From Polyangiales bacterium (lineage in GTDB: Bacteria > Myxococcota_A > Polyangia > Polyangiales > Polyangiaceae): a stretch of 64,000 nt of DNA. Under the pieces are notes generated by a model that did not search any database, had not been told where the DNA came from, and saw nothing but the letters and a program-made list of their open reading frames with translations. The stretch lies in the NCBI GenBank assembly GCA_038231275.1, contig JBBRLQ010000003.1, forward strand, positions 172,340 to 236,339, in the 5' to 3' direction. Below, piece by piece: positions 27,277 through 37,329 of this stretch (its first letter is position 1; every line of letters starts with the position of its first letter). The position numbers and the translations under genes are program-made.

Positions 27277-28560
27277 CTACACCTTCCGCTTCGCCTCGCT
27301 CGGCACGTTCGGGTGCTGGAGGATCATGTTGCGGATGTGCACCTGCCGCTTCACGAGCGGCTGACGGAGCATGTGCGTGAGGATCGAAGGCGGCGTCGCC
27401 GGGAAGCGGGAGAACGCCTGGATGAGCACCACCGACGTGAAATTGCGCGCGCAGAAGAGCGCCGCCGTCTTCATGTTGATCGTCTGTCCGAGCAGGTGCG
27501 GCAGCACGCGACCCTCGGTGTTCCATATGATCTCGAATTTTTCCTCGGGCGTCGCGCGCGAGAACTTTCCCTTGAAGAGGCCCTTCGCGGTGGTGCGCGT
27601 CCGGTCGGTGACGTCGCGATCCATCGAAGCTTTGTAGATCTCGAGGAGCCGCTTCGGCGTCAAGATCTTCCGCACCAGCGCTTCTGTGACCTGGATGTTG
27701 CGGAGGAGCATGCGCTGCACGCGCGCGTCGTTCAGGATCGACACGCGCTCGCACAGCGCCGCGAGGCCGACGGGGTTGCGGTGGTGCGCGGCGATGAGGC
27801 GCGCGTGATCGAGGTTCGCGCGATCGTTCTCGAGGATCGCCTTGATGACGTGCGGATCGGGATCGAAGCACAGCGCGAACAGATTCGCGCCCGACTCGTT
27901 GCGCGCCGCGTGGATGCGCTGATCGGGCGACATCCTGTGGTACTTCGTCTCGAAGAGCTTCCGGTAGTTTTGGACCTCGTTCGGCTGCGCCTCGTTTGGA
28001 TCGGTGACGTCGCCCTCGGCCGGCACCAGCGACGCGTGCTTCTTCTCTTCGCCGTCGCCCTCGGGAGCGTCGGGATCTTCGGGGAGGTTCTCGAGGCTGT
28101 CGGGTCCTTCGGGGACCATCGCGCTCGCGTCGGCTGCGGTGTCCCAGTCGTCCTCCGAAGGGAGCTCGAGCTGCGAGTCGATCGGATCGTCCGCCCCCCC
28201 TTCGTCGAGCGGCTCGAGCATGACCGGCGGCGGCTCAGGCAGGTCTTCGGCGATCCATGAGACGGGCGGCGGTGGGATCTCTCCCGGCACTTCCTCGACG
28301 ATCTCGTGCGCGTGCGCCATTGGCTCGTCCGCGAGCAGCTCGTCGAGCTGGGGCACGCTCGGATCCTCGGCGACCTCGATCGCCCCGCGCTCGGTCAGGC
28401 GCGTCAGGATCTGATCCACCTGCGGCGCCGCGAGGCCCGTGAGATCGACGAGATCTCGCACCGAGAGCTGCCCGTTCACGCGGGAGAGCACGAACTTCTC
28501 GAGGCGCGACAGCGGGGGACCCGGCGCGTCGCCCTGGATCCGGCGCGGCGTCTTCTTCAT
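27277..28560 (-). CDS. hypothetical protein with acidic/Pro-rich central region (427 aa)
   Basis: Long ORF with coherent composition. N-terminal winged-helix-like segment; no catalytic motifs recognised. Confidence 0.5.
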   Translation of the reverse strand: MKKTPRRIQGDAPGPPLSRLEKFVLSRVNGQLSVRDLVDLTGLAAPQVDQILTRLTERGAIEVAEDPSVPQLDELLADEPMAHAHEIVEEVPGEIPPPPVSWIAEDLPEPPPVMLEPLDEGGADDPIDSQLELPSEDDWDTAADASAMVPEGPDSLENLPEDPDAPEGDGEEKKHASLVPAEGDVTDPNEAQPNEVQNYRKLFETKYHRMSPDQRIHAARNESGANLFALCFDPDPHVIKAILENDRANLDHARLIAAHHRNPVGLAALCERVSILNDARVQRMLLRNIQVTEALVRKILTPKRLLEIYKASMDRDVTDRTRTTAKGLFKGKFSRATPEEKFEIIWNTEGRVLPHLLGQTINMKTAALFCARNFTSVVLIQAFSRFPATPPSILTHMLRQPLVKRQVHIRNMILQHPNVPSEAKRKV

Positions 28561-28894
28561 CTCCAGCGTTCATCGTATCCGTCTCCGCGGGCTCGTCGGC
28601 GGACTGATTCTCGACGTGGGGACGATCCCGACATCCGAGCCGAAATCACGGCCTGGCGCGCCGGGCCAATTCACTGACCCACGGTCACCCAGTCGGCCTG
28701 CGGGCCGGGGAAACAAGCCGTACGCGCGGGCAGGGCGCGCGGATCAAAAAAAAACGACACGGGTGCATCCGTTCGTAGGGGCCCGCACGAAGTGCTCATC
28801 GGGTTGGCGATGGGATCCCGCGGCATGTGGCCCGGGATCGAACCGCTTCGAAGCGTGCGCGCGATCGCGGACGTGAACGAGGCCCTGCTTTGTC

Positions 28895-30421
28895 GTGGAG
28901 GACAACATGAAGAAGTCGATTGGCGTTTCGTTCGTGGCGCTTCTTGCAACGTTTGCGTTCGGGTGCAGCTCGCAGAGCGGACCGTCGTCCGATCCCTCGG
29001 GCAACGGAACCGGCGGGGGTGGCGGCGGCGGTGCGAGCAGCAGCGGCGGTGGCGGCGCGAGCAGCAGCGGCGGATCGGTGACCCCGCCCACCGGCGAGGT
29101 CGCGCGCATCCGCGTCGTGCACGCGTCCCCCGACGCACCGGCCGTCGACGTCTACGCGGTGGGCGTCGCGCAGCCGCTCCTCAAGGGCCTCTCCTACGGC
29201 GACACCTCCGCGTACCTCGACGTGCCGGCGGGCGCGTACCAAATCGAGCTGCGCGCCTCGCCGTCGACGGCGAACGATCTGCCGGTCTTCAGCGCGGGCC
29301 CGCTCGATCTGAAGAAGGGCACGATCTCGATGATCGCCGCGGCGGGCCTCGCGGGATCGAAGACCGCCACCGACAAGCTTCGCCTCCTCGCGTTCGACGA
29401 GATGCCGGCGGCGATCGGCCTCGGCAAGGCGCGCCTTCGCCTCGTGCACGCCTCACCCGATGCGCCGACGGTGGGGATCGACGTAGGGAACGACGATCCG
29501 ACGAAGCCCGAGCTCGCGAGCCTCGCGCGCTTCGCCGACCAGGGCGGCGTCGAGCTGCCGGCCGACACCGAGCTCCAGGTGGGCGTCGACGCGAGCGGCG
29601 CGCGTGTCACGGCGTTCAGCGTGCCGAAGCTCCCCAACGGGCAGGCGTTCACGGTCTTCGCGACCGGGCTCGTCGCGAAATCCGCGCGTGACGCCGCCGG
29701 TTTCGCCCTGCTCGTCGTCGGGCCCAACGGCACCGTGGGCTTCCTCAAGCAGAACCCGATCGTCTATGCCCTCCACGCGGGCGTCGACGCGCCGGCGGTC
29801 GACGTGTGCGCAGGCGGCGCGCGCGTCATCGACAACCTCGCGTTCGGCAAGATCGCAGGGCCGCTGCAGGTCCCGGTCGGCGATCTAGCGCTCTCCATCT
29901 TCGCGCACGCGGACGGCACGGGATGCCCGTCGACGCCTGCCGCGGCGAGCGCGAAGCTCGCAGGTCTCGCGGCCGGCGAGCGCTACCTCGGCATCGCCAC
30001 CGGTTACCTCGCGCCTCCCTCCGGCGGTCAGCCGTTCGGCCTCCTCGCGTTCTCCGACGGCTTCGCCGCCGACGCGGCCTCCACGCGCGCGCGCGTCGTT
30101 CACGCGTCGCCCAACGCGCCGACGGTCGACGTCGGTCCTGTCGCGAGCGGCACCGTGACGCCTGCAGTCCGCGCCCTCGCGTTCGGCAAGGCGAGCGACT
30201 CCGCGGGGCTCGCGCTTCCGCCTCCGCTCCTCGACATCGGCATCACGCCCGCCGACGAGAACACGACGATCGTCGGCAATTATGGCGTTCCTACGCCTGC
30301 CGGCACCCGCGCGTTCGTGATCGCGATGGGCGCCCTCGGCCACTCGACGCGCCCGCTGCGCCTCGCCGTGATCGACACCGCGCCGACGCCGTGGACCGTC
30401 AGCCACATCTTCACGCACTGA
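28895..30421 (+). CDS. DUF4397 domain lipoprotein (repeated ..R(I/L)VHASPDAP.VDV.. modules)
   Basis: Signal peptide plus lipobox (LLATFAFGCSS); Gly-rich linker; four copies of the VHASP(D/N)AP motif. Confidence 0.7.
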   Translation: MEDNMKKSIGVSFVALLATFAFGCSSQSGPSSDPSGNGTGGGGGGGASSSGGGGASSSGGSVTPPTGEVARIRVVHASPDAPAVDVYAVGVAQPLLKGLSYGDTSAYLDVPAGAYQIELRASPSTANDLPVFSAGPLDLKKGTISMIAAAGLAGSKTATDKLRLLAFDEMPAAIGLGKARLRLVHASPDAPTVGIDVGNDDPTKPELASLARFADQGGVELPADTELQVGVDASGARVTAFSVPKLPNGQAFTVFATGLVAKSARDAAGFALLVVGPNGTVGFLKQNPIVYALHAGVDAPAVDVCAGGARVIDNLAFGKIAGPLQVPVGDLALSIFAHADGTGCPSTPAAASAKLAGLAAGERYLGIATGYLAPPSGGQPFGLLAFSDGFAADAASTRARVVHASPNAPTVDVGPVASGTVTPAVRALAFGKASDSAGLALPPPLLDIGITPADENTTIVGNYGVPTPAGTRAFVIAMGALGHSTRPLRLAVIDTAPTPWTVSHIFTH

Positions 30422-30455
30422 TCGGTCGCCGTAAAAATCCGGGCGGCGCCCGCAG

Positions 30456-32222
30456 CTACTTGCGGGCCGCGCGGCGGAAGACGACGGTGCGCCTCTGTTC
30501 CTTGGGCACCGTCGGAGGCTGAACGCTGGAGAGGACGGCGCGCTCGCCGGGTTTGAGCTCCACCACGCGGGGCTCCCCGGCGAGCTGCCATTCGTCGCCG
30601 TCCGAGTAGGGGAAAACCCACGGCGCCTTGGGGCCGAGCCCGACGGCTACGACGGCGTCGTCCCCGCCGCGTCCCGTGACGCTGACGCCGCTCTGCTCTT
30701 CGGCCACGCCGGCGAGCGTCGTGGGCTCGAAGCCGTCGCCCTGAAGGCGGCGCGCGAGGATGAGGAGCGCGACGAGGCTCTTGACGAGCTCGGGCTCCTT
30801 CACCTCGGCGAAGACCGTGAGCCAGAAGGGGAGGGGCGCCTGCGCGAGGCCGACCGAGCCGAGCGCGCCGGTCTGGCGCCATGTCTGCGGACGGAGCTGC
30901 GCGCAGAGCGTCTCGAGTGCGCCGCTGTCCGGCTTGGGGTGGCAGAAATACGGCACGTCCCCGCGTCGATCGGCGACGAACGAGCCGCCCTGGAGGATCG
31001 ACACGGCGACGAGGCGCGGATCGCCGCCGGCCTTCGATTCGGTCTCGGTGCCTTGCAGCGCGACGTCGGCGTCGCTCACGGCGCTCCCGCGAAGCGTCTG
31101 CACCGCGTCCCACGCGAGATCCTCGGCGGCGACCCACGCGGTGAACGGCGAGAAAATCGCGCCCCTCTGCACCCGCTCCTTCAGGCCGAGCAGACCCGCG
31201 ATGCGCGCCGCCTGCGTGCGCGCGACGGTGACGTGACCCTTGCCCTGCCGCCAGAGCGTGACGAGCCGCGCCGACGCCGAGCACCACGCGATCCCGCCTT
31301 TTTCCCCTACGATCGGGCGCGCTCCGCCGGCCAGGCGCACCGTGAGCGTGTCCGCCTCGTCGCGGCTCCACGCGAGAAAGCAGCTCTCGCCGCCGCCGTC
31401 GATGAGCGCGAACGAGCGCTCCGCGGGGAGTGTCGCCACCGGCACGAGCCCGGTCACGCGCAGGGGCGCGAGCTTCTCGTCCTTGTCCAGCGCCGCCGGA
31501 TCGACCGGCGCCGCGGGCAGCTTCTTCTCCGCGAGCCACGCGTCCAGCTGCTCGGCCGCGCAGTCTTCCGTGCGCTGCGAGAGGGTCGCCGGTCGTGGCT
31601 CGACGGCGCCGAGACCGTCGAGGTTGCCGACGAGCTTGCCTTCGACGCGGAGCAGCCTCACCGCGCCGTCGCCGCGAACGCTGACTTTTTCGGGTGTGCA
31701 CGCGCAAAATCCAACCGAGCGCGCGCCGGACAGCGTCTCGCCGCCGTGCTCGACCTCCAGCTTTCCGTCGCCGTCCGCGGGCGTCACCGCCACGTAGCAT
31801 CCCGGCTCGACCGATTCGTCGAGCCGCCCTTCGCCGGTCGCGGCCGGCGCGAAGCCGCGCGGGGCGAACGTCGCCGTCGGTCCCTCCAGCGCGCGCTCGA
31901 TCGCCGCGGCGTGCGCGTATCGACCCCAGCCGAGGTACCCCACGAGGGCGACGGCGCCGGCCACCGCGGCACCGATCGCGAGCCGCTTGCGGAGCTCCTT
32001 GGACGCCACCGCGGCCGCGCCGTGCCCCTCCACCTGCTTCTTCTTCATCGCCTCGGTCACCTCGCGCCGCGCGCGCTCGTGCTCGGGGTGATGGCCGCCC
32101 AGGACGGAAAGCGCGCGCTCGACCTCTGCCAGGTCGTCCTTTTTGGGCTTGGAGGGGGGCTCCGGCGCGGTGATCTCCGCCTTCTTGGGCGGTCGCCGGT
32201 CGGGCGACTTGGGCTTCGTCAC
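30456..32222 (-). CDS. hypothetical membrane-anchored protein (588 aa)
   Basis: Basic/Pro-rich N-terminus, one TM (LAIGAAVAGAVALVGYLGW), large C-terminal domain with no recognised motif. Divergent from the 32296 gene. Confidence 0.5.
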   Translation of the reverse strand: MTKPKSPDRRPPKKAEITAPEPPSKPKKDDLAEVERALSVLGGHHPEHERARREVTEAMKKKQVEGHGAAAVASKELRKRLAIGAAVAGAVALVGYLGWGRYAHAAAIERALEGPTATFAPRGFAPAATGEGRLDESVEPGCYVAVTPADGDGKLEVEHGGETLSGARSVGFCACTPEKVSVRGDGAVRLLRVEGKLVGNLDGLGAVEPRPATLSQRTEDCAAEQLDAWLAEKKLPAAPVDPAALDKDEKLAPLRVTGLVPVATLPAERSFALIDGGGESCFLAWSRDEADTLTVRLAGGARPIVGEKGGIAWCSASARLVTLWRQGKGHVTVARTQAARIAGLLGLKERVQRGAIFSPFTAWVAAEDLAWDAVQTLRGSAVSDADVALQGTETESKAGGDPRLVAVSILQGGSFVADRRGDVPYFCHPKPDSGALETLCAQLRPQTWRQTGALGSVGLAQAPLPFWLTVFAEVKEPELVKSLVALLILARRLQGDGFEPTTLAGVAEEQSGVSVTGRGGDDAVVAVGLGPKAPWVFPYSDGDEWQLAGEPRVVELKPGERAVLSSVQPPTVPKEQRRTVVFRRAARK

Positions 32223-32295
32223 AGCCGATCAGCCTACATCACCTGTCGACGGTTTGGCGGGCGGGCCCTCCTTCATAGACAATGGGGGGCCGCAG

Positions 32296-34824
32296 ATGGC
32301 GAACGTTCCCGCCGACCCCAAGCTCAGCGCCGACGATCCGACGGAGTCGCTCACCACGACGACCGCCGGCGACGTCGACCGCATCGCGCGCGATTCGCTA
32401 CGCGCGTGGGCCAAGCGGACGATGGGGGCCCCGCGTCGCCTCGACAAGATGGTGTCGCTGGTGCGGCAGGACGAGCAGGACTTCGTCCGCATCGCGACCG
32501 AGATCCACAGGCGCGAAATCGTCGAGCAACGCGGCCCCGCGCCGCCCGACGTGCAGCGGCGACCCCCGGCGCCGATCTTCTTCGATCTGCGAACCGTCGA
32601 TCCGTGGTCGATTTCGCCCGAGGAGCTGCGCTCGTCCACCGAGAAGGTCGACACGTGCAGCGCGTGCGGAGGTCGAGGCTCGACGTCGTGCCCGACCTGT
32701 GGCGGCAGCGGTCGCTCTCCGTGCGCGGCGTGCGGCGGCTCGGGTCGCGCGCAGAACGGCGCGGCGTGCCCTACGTGCGCAGGCGCAGGCGCGATCGGGT
32801 GCGGCCCGTGCGGCACTGGCGGCGTCGTGGGCTGCGCGGGCTGCGCCGGTCAGGGCATGCAGCTCGTGTGGCTCACCTACAACCAAGACGCGCGGCTCGA
32901 CGTTCGCGTCGCGCCCGAGGGGAAGATCACGGAGCTCTACCCTCAGCTCGCCGAACAGAAGATTCTCACGCGCACGGACCTGTCCCCGTTCGTCGTGTAC
33001 GGCGCGACGCTCTCGAGCGGCCTCGTCACGAGCGGCGCGCTGGCGCTCGAAGAGCACGAGCGCCTCCAGCGCCTGCGCCCGCAGATCGACAAGCGCCTCG
33101 AGCGGGTGAGCCAGCAGCAGTACGTCCGCTTCGGCGCGGTGCGCCGCGAGCTCGCGTACGAGATGGCCGGGAAGCGTGGCAAGCTGGTCCTGTCGGGCGC
33201 GCGCTGCGCCGTCGAGGTCGGCCCCGACACGCTGACGCCGGTGCGCGCGCGCGTCGCGATTTGGGCGGCGGGGGCCGGCGTCTGGGCGCTCCTCCTCGGC
33301 GCGTCCTATTTCGCGCTCCGCGGATCGACTGTCTATTTCCGCGCGTCGAACCTGATGCTCGGCGTCTTCTTCTTCGCCGCGTTCGTGGGTCTGGTCGGCG
33401 CGACCGGCGCGCTCCTCCGCATGCTCGGCGTCGGCTTCAAGCTGCAGCGCCCGATGCCGCTCGAGCTCGCGTATCCGCTCGTCCTGATCGCCGCGCTGGT
33501 TGGAATCATGTCCGTGAAGGCGGCGTCGCGACCCAGCGTCGTCGAAGCGCAGGCCCAGATCACCGCCGGAAACGTCGCGCGCGCCGCGATCGTGGTCGAC
33601 GCGCTCGAATCGGTGGGCACCGATCCGGCCGAGGTCTCGGCGTTGCGCGACGATCTCGCCATCCTCGAAGCGCAGCGCCTGAACGGGGACGAGCGGGTCG
33701 CGCGGCTCGACGAGATCGCCGCGCAAGGGGGCACCCGCGCCGCCGACGCCGCGAAGCTCGCGCGCGAGGATAAGCTCAAGCGGGTCCGCGCGCTCGTCGC
33801 CGCCAAGAAGCTGACCGAGGCGCTCGATCTCGCCGAGCACATCTTCGTCGGCGCCGATCGCGAGCTGCCGGAGGTCCTCGAGGTGCGCGCCGCCGTCTTC
33901 GACGCCGAGTACGCGCAATGCGCCGCCGACCCGTGTCGCTTCATCGCCGCGCGAAAATCCGAGCGCGCCGCGACCAGCCCCGAGCGCGCCGCCCGCGCCC
34001 GTGATCTGCGCGTCAAGCTGCTCGACGCCGTCACCATCGACGATCGTCCCACCGAGTCCACCGTCGCGCGCCTCCGTCGTGCGCGCACCCTCGATGCCGC
34101 GTCGCAAGCGCTCGCGGGCGTGGCCGGCGACGATCGCGAGCTCGTCGACAAGGCCCGCGACGCGCAAAAATGGGCGCAAAAGGCCCGGGAATCGGTGCCG
34201 CTGCTCGGCGCGACGCGTGAGGTGGCCGAAGAGGTCCTCGGCAAGATCGAGGAGGAGGACGGCAAGCTGCGCACCGTCATCGAAGGCGTCGCGGTGTACC
34301 TCTCGATCGATCGCAAGACCGAGACGATCGGCGGCGTCTACATCGTCGGCGAGTCGAAGGACACGCGCCAGCAAGGGCTCAAGATCGACTACCTCCCGTC
34401 GCTGCTCCTCGCGAAGGCGGTTGGTCACCCCGCGCAGGTCCTCGCGCCGCCCAAGCCCGTCGCGACCACCGCGAAGGAGCCCGCCGTCACGCAGACGGCG
34501 TGGAGCGAGGCCGGCGTCCCCGTCGCCGCGCGCTGGCGGGACGGCGTCTTCGTCGAGCTGCGCGTCGGCGACGCCAACCCGGGTGGCACGCCTCCTCCGC
34601 CGCGCACTGCGGGGTTCGGGCGCGGCGCGCTCCTTCGCTTCACGGCGTTTCCTGGTGGCCTCATCACCGTCGACGGCGTCGCCTACGGCCGCGACTCGGC
34701 GGGGCCCCTCCGCGTGCGCGCCGGCAAGCACGAGGTGAAGGTCAAAAATCGTTTCCTCGGCGACTTCGTCCACCCCATCGACGTCAAGGACGGGCAGAAC
34801 GACGAGATCGTGCTCGTCTGGTGA
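32296..34824 (+). CDS. large membrane protein with six DnaJ-type CxxCxGxG zinc-finger repeats, multiple TM segments and C-terminal PEGA-like domain
   Basis: CSACGGRG/CPTCGGSG/CAACGGSG/CPTCAGAG/CGPCGTGG/CAGCAGQG. Several TM helices. C-terminus ITVDGVAYGRDSAGPLRVRAGKHEVKVKN (PEGA-like). Confidence 0.6.
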   Translation: MANVPADPKLSADDPTESLTTTTAGDVDRIARDSLRAWAKRTMGAPRRLDKMVSLVRQDEQDFVRIATEIHRREIVEQRGPAPPDVQRRPPAPIFFDLRTVDPWSISPEELRSSTEKVDTCSACGGRGSTSCPTCGGSGRSPCAACGGSGRAQNGAACPTCAGAGAIGCGPCGTGGVVGCAGCAGQGMQLVWLTYNQDARLDVRVAPEGKITELYPQLAEQKILTRTDLSPFVVYGATLSSGLVTSGALALEEHERLQRLRPQIDKRLERVSQQQYVRFGAVRRELAYEMAGKRGKLVLSGARCAVEVGPDTLTPVRARVAIWAAGAGVWALLLGASYFALRGSTVYFRASNLMLGVFFFAAFVGLVGATGALLRMLGVGFKLQRPMPLELAYPLVLIAALVGIMSVKAASRPSVVEAQAQITAGNVARAAIVVDALESVGTDPAEVSALRDDLAILEAQRLNGDERVARLDEIAAQGGTRAADAAKLAREDKLKRVRALVAAKKLTEALDLAEHIFVGADRELPEVLEVRAAVFDAEYAQCAADPCRFIAARKSERAATSPERAARARDLRVKLLDAVTIDDRPTESTVARLRRARTLDAASQALAGVAGDDRELVDKARDAQKWAQKARESVPLLGATREVAEEVLGKIEEEDGKLRTVIEGVAVYLSIDRKTETIGGVYIVGESKDTRQQGLKIDYLPSLLLAKAVGHPAQVLAPPKPVATTAKEPAVTQTAWSEAGVPVAARWRDGVFVELRVGDANPGGTPPPPRTAGFGRGALLRFTAFPGGLITVDGVAYGRDSAGPLRVRAGKHEVKVKNRFLGDFVHPIDVKDGQNDEIVLVW

Positions 34825-34845
34825 CGCCGTGCTAGCGAGGCGCTC

Positions 34846-35562
34846 ATGAAGAAGATCACGATGGGCGGGCTCGATGCCGTGCTCGCCGGCGGCACCGATC
34901 GCCAAGGGGGCGGAGACGGCCCGCTGCTCGTGCTCCTCCACGGCTTCGGCGCTCCGGGGGACGATCTCGTCTCGCTCCATCGCGTCATCGACGCGCCGTC
35001 TGGCACCCGCTTCCTCTTCCCGGTCGCGCCCGTAACGCTGCCTCCGCACTACGGCGCCGGTCGCGCCTGGTGGCACATCGACATGGTCGCCCTCGACCGC
35101 GCCGTGCGCGAGGGAAGGTCGCGGGACCTCTCTCGCGACGTCCCCGACGGGCTCGCCGACGCGCGCGCGAAGCTCGTCGCGATGCTCGACGAGGCAAAGG
35201 TGATCCTGTCGCCGTCCGCGATCGTGCTCGGCGGATTTTCCCAAGGCGCGATGCTCTCGTGCGACGTCGCGCTCCACTCCGACATGCCGCTCGCCGGTCT
35301 GGTGCTGCTATCGGGCACGTTGCTCGCGGAAGCGGAGTGGACCTCGCGGATGCCTTCGCGCAAGGGATTGCCGGTGCTCCAGTCGCACGGCCGTCAGGAT
35401 CCGATGCTTCCGTTCGACATGGCGGAGCGCTTGCGTGATCTCTTGAAGGAGGCCGGGCTCGCCGTCACGTTCGTCCCGTTCAACGGCGGTCACAGTATCC
35501 CGCCCGCCGCTCTCGACGGCTTGCGCCCGTTCCTCGCGAGCGCGTTCAGCCGTACTGGTTGA
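34846..35562 (+). CDS. phospholipase/carboxylesterase family alpha/beta hydrolase
   Basis: 238 aa. LLHGFGA, nucleophile elbow GFSQGA, Asp/His downstream (..GGHSIP). Confidence 0.85.
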   Translation: MKKITMGGLDAVLAGGTDRQGGGDGPLLVLLHGFGAPGDDLVSLHRVIDAPSGTRFLFPVAPVTLPPHYGAGRAWWHIDMVALDRAVREGRSRDLSRDVPDGLADARAKLVAMLDEAKVILSPSAIVLGGFSQGAMLSCDVALHSDMPLAGLVLLSGTLLAEAEWTSRMPSRKGLPVLQSHGRQDPMLPFDMAERLRDLLKEAGLAVTFVPFNGGHSIPPAALDGLRPFLASAFSRTG

Positions 35563-36478
35563 CGCGGTTTCTTCCGCCGCGCTTCGCCGCGTAGAGCGCC
35601 TCGTCGGCGGCGGCGACGAGCTGCACCGACGACTCGGCCGCGAACTCCGGCATCCCGGCCACCCCGAGGCTCACCGTCACGCCGACGCGTGTGCCGGCGG
35701 CGTCGAGCGGGGACGCCGCGACGTGCCCGCGGATGCGCTCGGCGAGGACGCACGCCTGATCGCGCGAGACGCCGCGGCAAATCACGGCGAACTCCTCTCC
35801 TCCGTACCGCGCTAACACGTCCTCTGCTCGAAGCGTGCGGGCAACGATCTGCGTGAGCGTGACGAGCACCGCGTCGCCCGCGAGGTGCCCGAGCGTGTCG
35901 TTGACGCGCTTGAAGTGATCGACGTCGAGCATCACGAGCGACAAGTTCGTGCGGTGTCGCCGCGCGTACGCGAGCTCGGTGTCGAGTCGGGTGAGGAAGT
36001 ATTTCTTGTTGAAGATGCCGGTGAGGCCGTCCCGGAGCGCGGCGTCGTACATCTGCTTCTGGAAGTTTTCTTCGAGCTCGTCGTGCAGCGTGAACTTGAC
36101 CAGCGTGTTCGGCCCGAGCTGGATCTTGTCCTCGGCGCGGAGCGCGTGGGTCATGGTGCGCTCGCCGTTGACGAGCATCCCGTTCGCGCTCTTCAAGTCC
36201 TCGATGATCCACTCGCCGCCCGGCGCGCTCCACAGGCGCGCGTGCCGACGAGAGACGCCGTCGTCGTCGAAGCGAATCGTGGAGGAAGGCGAGCGCCCCA
36301 AGATGAGCTCGCCTTCCTCCAAGCGAAACGTCTCGCCGACGTTCGCGCCGATGAGCACGATCAGGTACGGCGTCAGCTTGCGCGCCCGCGCTTTCTCCGC
36401 GCTGCCGATGGACGAGATCCTCGTGATCGAGGTCGCTTCCTCTTGCTCGTCGTCGGGATTCCGCGGTGGCGGGGACAT
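35546..36478 (-). CDS. FHA domain-GGDEF diguanylate cyclase
   Basis: FHA (LGRSPSSTIRFDDDGVSRRHARL). GGDEF domain with RYGGEEF active site and DxLTG/KRVND motifs. Confidence 0.9.
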   Translation of the reverse strand: MSPPPRNPDDEQEEATSITRISSIGSAEKARARKLTPYLIVLIGANVGETFRLEEGELILGRSPSSTIRFDDDGVSRRHARLWSAPGGEWIIEDLKSANGMLVNGERTMTHALRAEDKIQLGPNTLVKFTLHDELEENFQKQMYDAALRDGLTGIFNKKYFLTRLDTELAYARRHRTNLSLVMLDVDHFKRVNDTLGHLAGDAVLVTLTQIVARTLRAEDVLARYGGEEFAVICRGVSRDQACVLAERIRGHVAASPLDAAGTRVGVTVSLGVAGMPEFAAESSVQLVAAADEALYAAKRGGRNRVNQYG

Positions 36479-36549
36479 GCGTGTTACCGTGATCGTCGCA
36501 CCCTGCCCTCCACACGGTCAAGGGCGGGTCCGGCCAGGAGAAATGCGTC

Positions 36550-37329
36550 GTGTGTGAGCTCCTCGGAATGGAGTGCAACGTCCCAACCGACATCGTCTTT
36601 TCGTTCTCGGGGCTCGCCCTTCGCGGCGGCCGTAAAGGGCCACACGGCGACGGCTGGGGTCTGTGCCTCTACGAAGGTCAGGCCGTTCGCGCCTTCCTCG
36701 AGCCGGCCGCCGCCGCCGCCTCGCCGCTCGCGACGTTCCTCCGGCAAAACCCCATCAAGACGCTCCTCGCGGTCGCGCACGTGCGGAAGAAGACGCGCGG
36801 AAAGGTGTCGCTGGCGAACACTCATCCGTTCGTCCGTGAGCTGTGGGGGCGGACGTTCGTCTTTGCCCACAATGGCACCGTGAAGGAGGCGCGCCGGCAC
36901 CCGCTCGGGCGTTTCCGGCCGATCGGCGAGACCGACAGCGAGCACGCGTTCTGCGTGATCATGGACGCGCTCGCGCGCGCGTTCCCGCGGTATCCACGCG
37001 TAAAGCGAGACCTATGGGAGGCGGTCGCAGAGGTCGGAGGTCGACTGGGTAAGGACGGGACCTTCAACTTCCTGCTGGGCGACGGCACGCACCTCTTCGC
37101 GCGCTGCGCGACGAAGCTCCACTACATCGTGCGCAAGGCGCCGTTCAAGCACGCGACCTTGGCGGACGACGATCTGGTCGTGGACTTCTCCGCCGTCACG
37201 ACGCCGCGCGATCGCGTCGCGGTCGTCGCCACGATGCCGCTGACGCGCGACGAGGTGTGGACGCAGGGCAAGCCCGGTCACATGTGGGTCTTCGATCACG
37301 GCGCATTACGTGCGACGCTGCGGTCGTGA
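36550..37329 (+). CDS. class II glutamine amidotransferase domain protein (YafJ-type, N-terminal Cys nucleophile)
   Basis: Begins MCELLG (Cys2 nucleophile); ..HVRKKTRGKVSLANTHPF.. typical of GATase-2 family. Confidence 0.8.
   Translation: MCELLGMECNVPTDIVFSFSGLALRGGRKGPHGDGWGLCLYEGQAVRAFLEPAAAAASPLATFLRQNPIKTLLAVAHVRKKTRGKVSLANTHPFVRELWGRTFVFAHNGTVKEARRHPLGRFRPIGETDSEHAFCVIMDALARAFPRYPRVKRDLWEAVAEVGGRLGKDGTFNFLLGDGTHLFARCATKLHYIVRKAPFKHATLADDDLVVDFSAVTTPRDRVAVVATMPLTRDEVWTQGKPGHMWVFDHGALRATLRS

Noticed and set aside
28826-28850. Possible tRNA T-arm (..GCGGTTCGATCCCGG.. on the minus strand) in the 28561..28894 intergenic region
   Set aside because: Hand folding gives only a 3-bp T-stem and no acceptor helix. 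It looks like chance resemblance plus a palindromic CGCTTCGAAGCG nearby.
30939-35277. ORFs 30939..33773 (+, 944 aa) and 32398..35277 (-, 959 aa)
   Set aside because: Overlap the better-supported 30456..32222 and 32296..34824 genes in antisense; Arg-rich low-complexity translations.
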